From IMG/VR virus record IMGVR_UViG_3300032216_000646, positions 31,751 through 95,750 of that record: a DNA stretch of 64,000 nt. One strand, given 5' to 3'. Below are positions 62,151-64,000 of the stretch, one piece after another. The first letter of the stretch is position 1. The number at the start of each line of letters is the position of its first letter. Under the pieces are notes generated by a model. The model saw only the letters and a program-made list of their open reading frames with translations, searched no databases and was not told where the DNA came from. The stretch comes from a virus (Duplodnaviria > Caudoviricetes). The translations under genes were made by a program, and so were the position numbers.

Positions 62151-64000
62151 TACATCCGTCCCATACTAGTCATCAAAGAGTCATCATCAAGATAACCCTT
62201 TACCATTTGCGCCAAACGCCTTGCTTCAGCCTCTGAAGCCTGCTGTACGGTCACGTTGATAGTTACCCCACCCCTAGAGTTGTTTTTAGACAACATTTGA
62301 TTCTGACGCCACTCACGGGCTTGGTCAACATCAAGAATCGCTTCACCCTTGTGGACGTTTATAGGCTGGTCACCCTCAACATAGTTGATACCTTGGCTTG
62401 CGCTTACTTTACCAGTCAAAAACTTTTTGTACGCACCAGTCTTATAGGCGTCAAACGCTGACCAGTCAGTTCCTTGCTTGGAAATGTCCCAAGCCATCAA
62501 TGCGTTCTTTCTAGGGTCTAACGCACCTTCTCCACCAGGACCCAAACCATAAGTTGTAACCAACTTGTTAGCACCAGCCCCAGACATGTCAAACTGGAAT
62601 AAACCTAAGCGCTTGCCAACTTTTTTGTTAGCCTTACCTTGAGATGCAGCCATTGCAACAGCATACGCAGTAGTCAGAGCATCGCCCTTGAACCCTGCTG
62701 CTTTCAAAGCGGCAGTAACACTCATTGTGCCAGCACCAGTTGTATCAGTCACAGCGTCAGAGCCGCCAACTAAGTTAGAAGTTGTGCTTGCGGAAAGACT
62801 TGCAAACGATGTCTGACGACGGAATGAGACAGCAGAGGCTACTACTCCTGAAACATTGCTTGCGTCTGTAGTAACTACGTGTACGCCAGAACCAGTACTA
62901 GTTGAAGTCTCTGAGCCAGATACTTGAGTAGTTCCTGCACCGCTCTTCCAAGTTCTAGGGAATCCGCCAACAAGATAAGGAGCAGGGTCAACAGCAGCAC
63001 CAGTGTCACCATCGCCACCTTTACAAAGAGCAAGGTGAAGGTGCGCACCAACTGGGTTACCTGAAGCAGTCTTTCCAGTATTTCCGCTTAGAGCAATAGG
63101 TTTGCCTTGTTTGACGTTACCAGAAGCGGTAACGCTTGAAAGGTGACAGTAAACAGTTGACCAACCATTTTGATGGTCTACTACAACATACTTTCCAAGT
63201 GAGTCGCTGTAAGCCTCTTTGACGACTTTACCGTCGGCAGAAGCCCTCACTTCAGTTCCGCTTGAAACTTGGAAGTCCAAACCACCATGCCCTCTATCGT
63301 TAGACCAGTATCGTTTATCTTGCGCACCAAAGTAAGCACCAGCAGTGTAGTTGGAAACAGGGGCAATCAGCCATTTACCAGAAGCGGCTGGACCTTGAAC
63401 GTTTGAAGCATCGTTACCACCAACAGCATCAAAGTTTGAACCAATGGCTTCACCAGCCATACCACCAAGCCAGCCACCGACCATACCACCGATAACTGCA
63501 CCGACAATAGGGATAGGAATAAGAGCCTGACCAATAGCAGCGCCAGCCACACCACCGACAGCACTACCGACAGAACTACCCCAAGCGCTGCCTCCGTAAC
63601 CTTCATTAGTGGCTTCAATGTTGCCAGGCATGTCCATAAGAAGACCGAGTGCAGCCATAGCACCACCAACTTTTAGACCACCTTTTAGACCATTCTTTAG
63701 ACCACCGCCACCCTTCCAGCCGCTAACTGGCTTACCAGTTTTAGCATTGACCCACTGACCGCCGCCGCCCTTACCGCCAGCCTTCCAAACTGCGCCCTTT
63801 GGTTTTACAGATGCACCAGCACCGCCTCCACCCTTTGGGTTACCCTTAGTGCCACCACGACCGCCCATCATTATGCCGCCGCCGCCGCCACCGCCCTTGC
63901 CGCCCATAGCCTTCATCATGTAGGCAGTACCAGCCATGTTTGCTACGGTACCCGCCATACCGCCAAGACCACCCAAAAGCCCGCCACCTGCAGGGCTGCC
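62150..64000 (-). CDS. Tape measure protein C-terminus with M23 peptidase and lysozyme-like domain (5' end outside window)
   Basis: Frame is open to the window edge; Gly-rich; HGGLD..YCHL..HLH; AAGF..AVAMAAS..GLFQ. Confidence 0.85.
   Translation of the reverse strand, partial: GSPAGGGLLGGLGGMAGTVANMAGTAYMMKAMGGKGGGGGGGIMMGGRGGTKGNPKGGGGAGASVKPKGAVWKAGGKGGGGQWVNAKTGKPVSGWKGGGGLKNGLKGGLKVGGAMAALGLLMDMPGNIEATNEGYGGSAWGSSVGSAVGGVAGAAIGQALIPIPIVGAVIGGMVGGWLGGMAGEAIGSNFDAVGGNDASNVQGPAASGKWLIAPVSNYTAGAYFGAQDKRYWSNDRGHGGLDFQVSSGTEVRASADGKVVKEAYSDSLGKYVVVDHQNGWSTVYCHLSSVTASGNVKQGKPIALSGNTGKTASGNPVGAHLHLALCKGGDGDTGAAVDPAPYLVGGFPRTWKSGAGTTQVSGSETSTSTGSGVHVVTTDASNVSGVVASAVSFRRQTSFASLSASTTSNLVGGSDAVTDTTGAGTMSVTAALKAAGFKGDALTTAYAVAMAASQGKANKKVGKRLGLFQFDMSGAGANKLVTTYGLGPGGEGALDPRKNALMAWDISKQGTDWSAFDAYKTGAYKKFLTGKVSASQGINYVEGDQPINVHKGEAILDVDQAREWRQNQMLSKNNSRGGVTINVTVQQASEAEARRLAQMVKGYLDDDSLMTSMGRM

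Noticed and set aside
1-64000. Alternative genetic code or stop-codon reassignment
   Set aside because: Conserved genes translate full length with the standard code, and all three stop codons are used

Overview
This window is part of a large contractile-tailed (myovirus-like) phage of Actinobacteria. Evidence: two WhiB genes, a ClgR-like regulator, NrdH, AGAAAGG-type ribosome-binding sites, and baseplate J/gp25/gp5-like genes. Layout from left to right: (1) 1-8.2 kb, minus strand: DNA methyltransferase, a tmRNA with a readable tag (ATQNAYALAA), Hsp20, and a mostly overlapping array of about 14 small genes. These encode ADP-ribosyltransferase, GNAT and ParB/Srx domains and share short N-terminal leader motifs (GxQF, or MxxxKxDFxxG-like). 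(2) 8.9-10.15 kb: a non-coding divergence region with extensive hairpins and a perfect chromosomal parS site. (3) 10.2-23.5 kb, plus strand, early-type genes: MoxR ATPase/vWA pair, many small genes with a shared start-associated sequence, glycosylase, ClgR, HicA, WhiB, Xis-like HTH, tyrosine recombinase, NlpC/P60. (4) 23.8-52.8 kb, minus strand, nucleotide metabolism, recombination and replication: NrdH, class II RNR, TGT-like, NTase, SpoVS, RuvC, Cas4-like, RecA, PolA, SSB, SNF2, primase, DnaB, DnaC-like, initiator. (5) 53-64 kb: baseplate and tape-measure genes. A TCCG(T) motif recurs as 12-bp-period direct repeats, mostly oriented with transcription. All protein calls come from motif recognition by eye; no database search was run.
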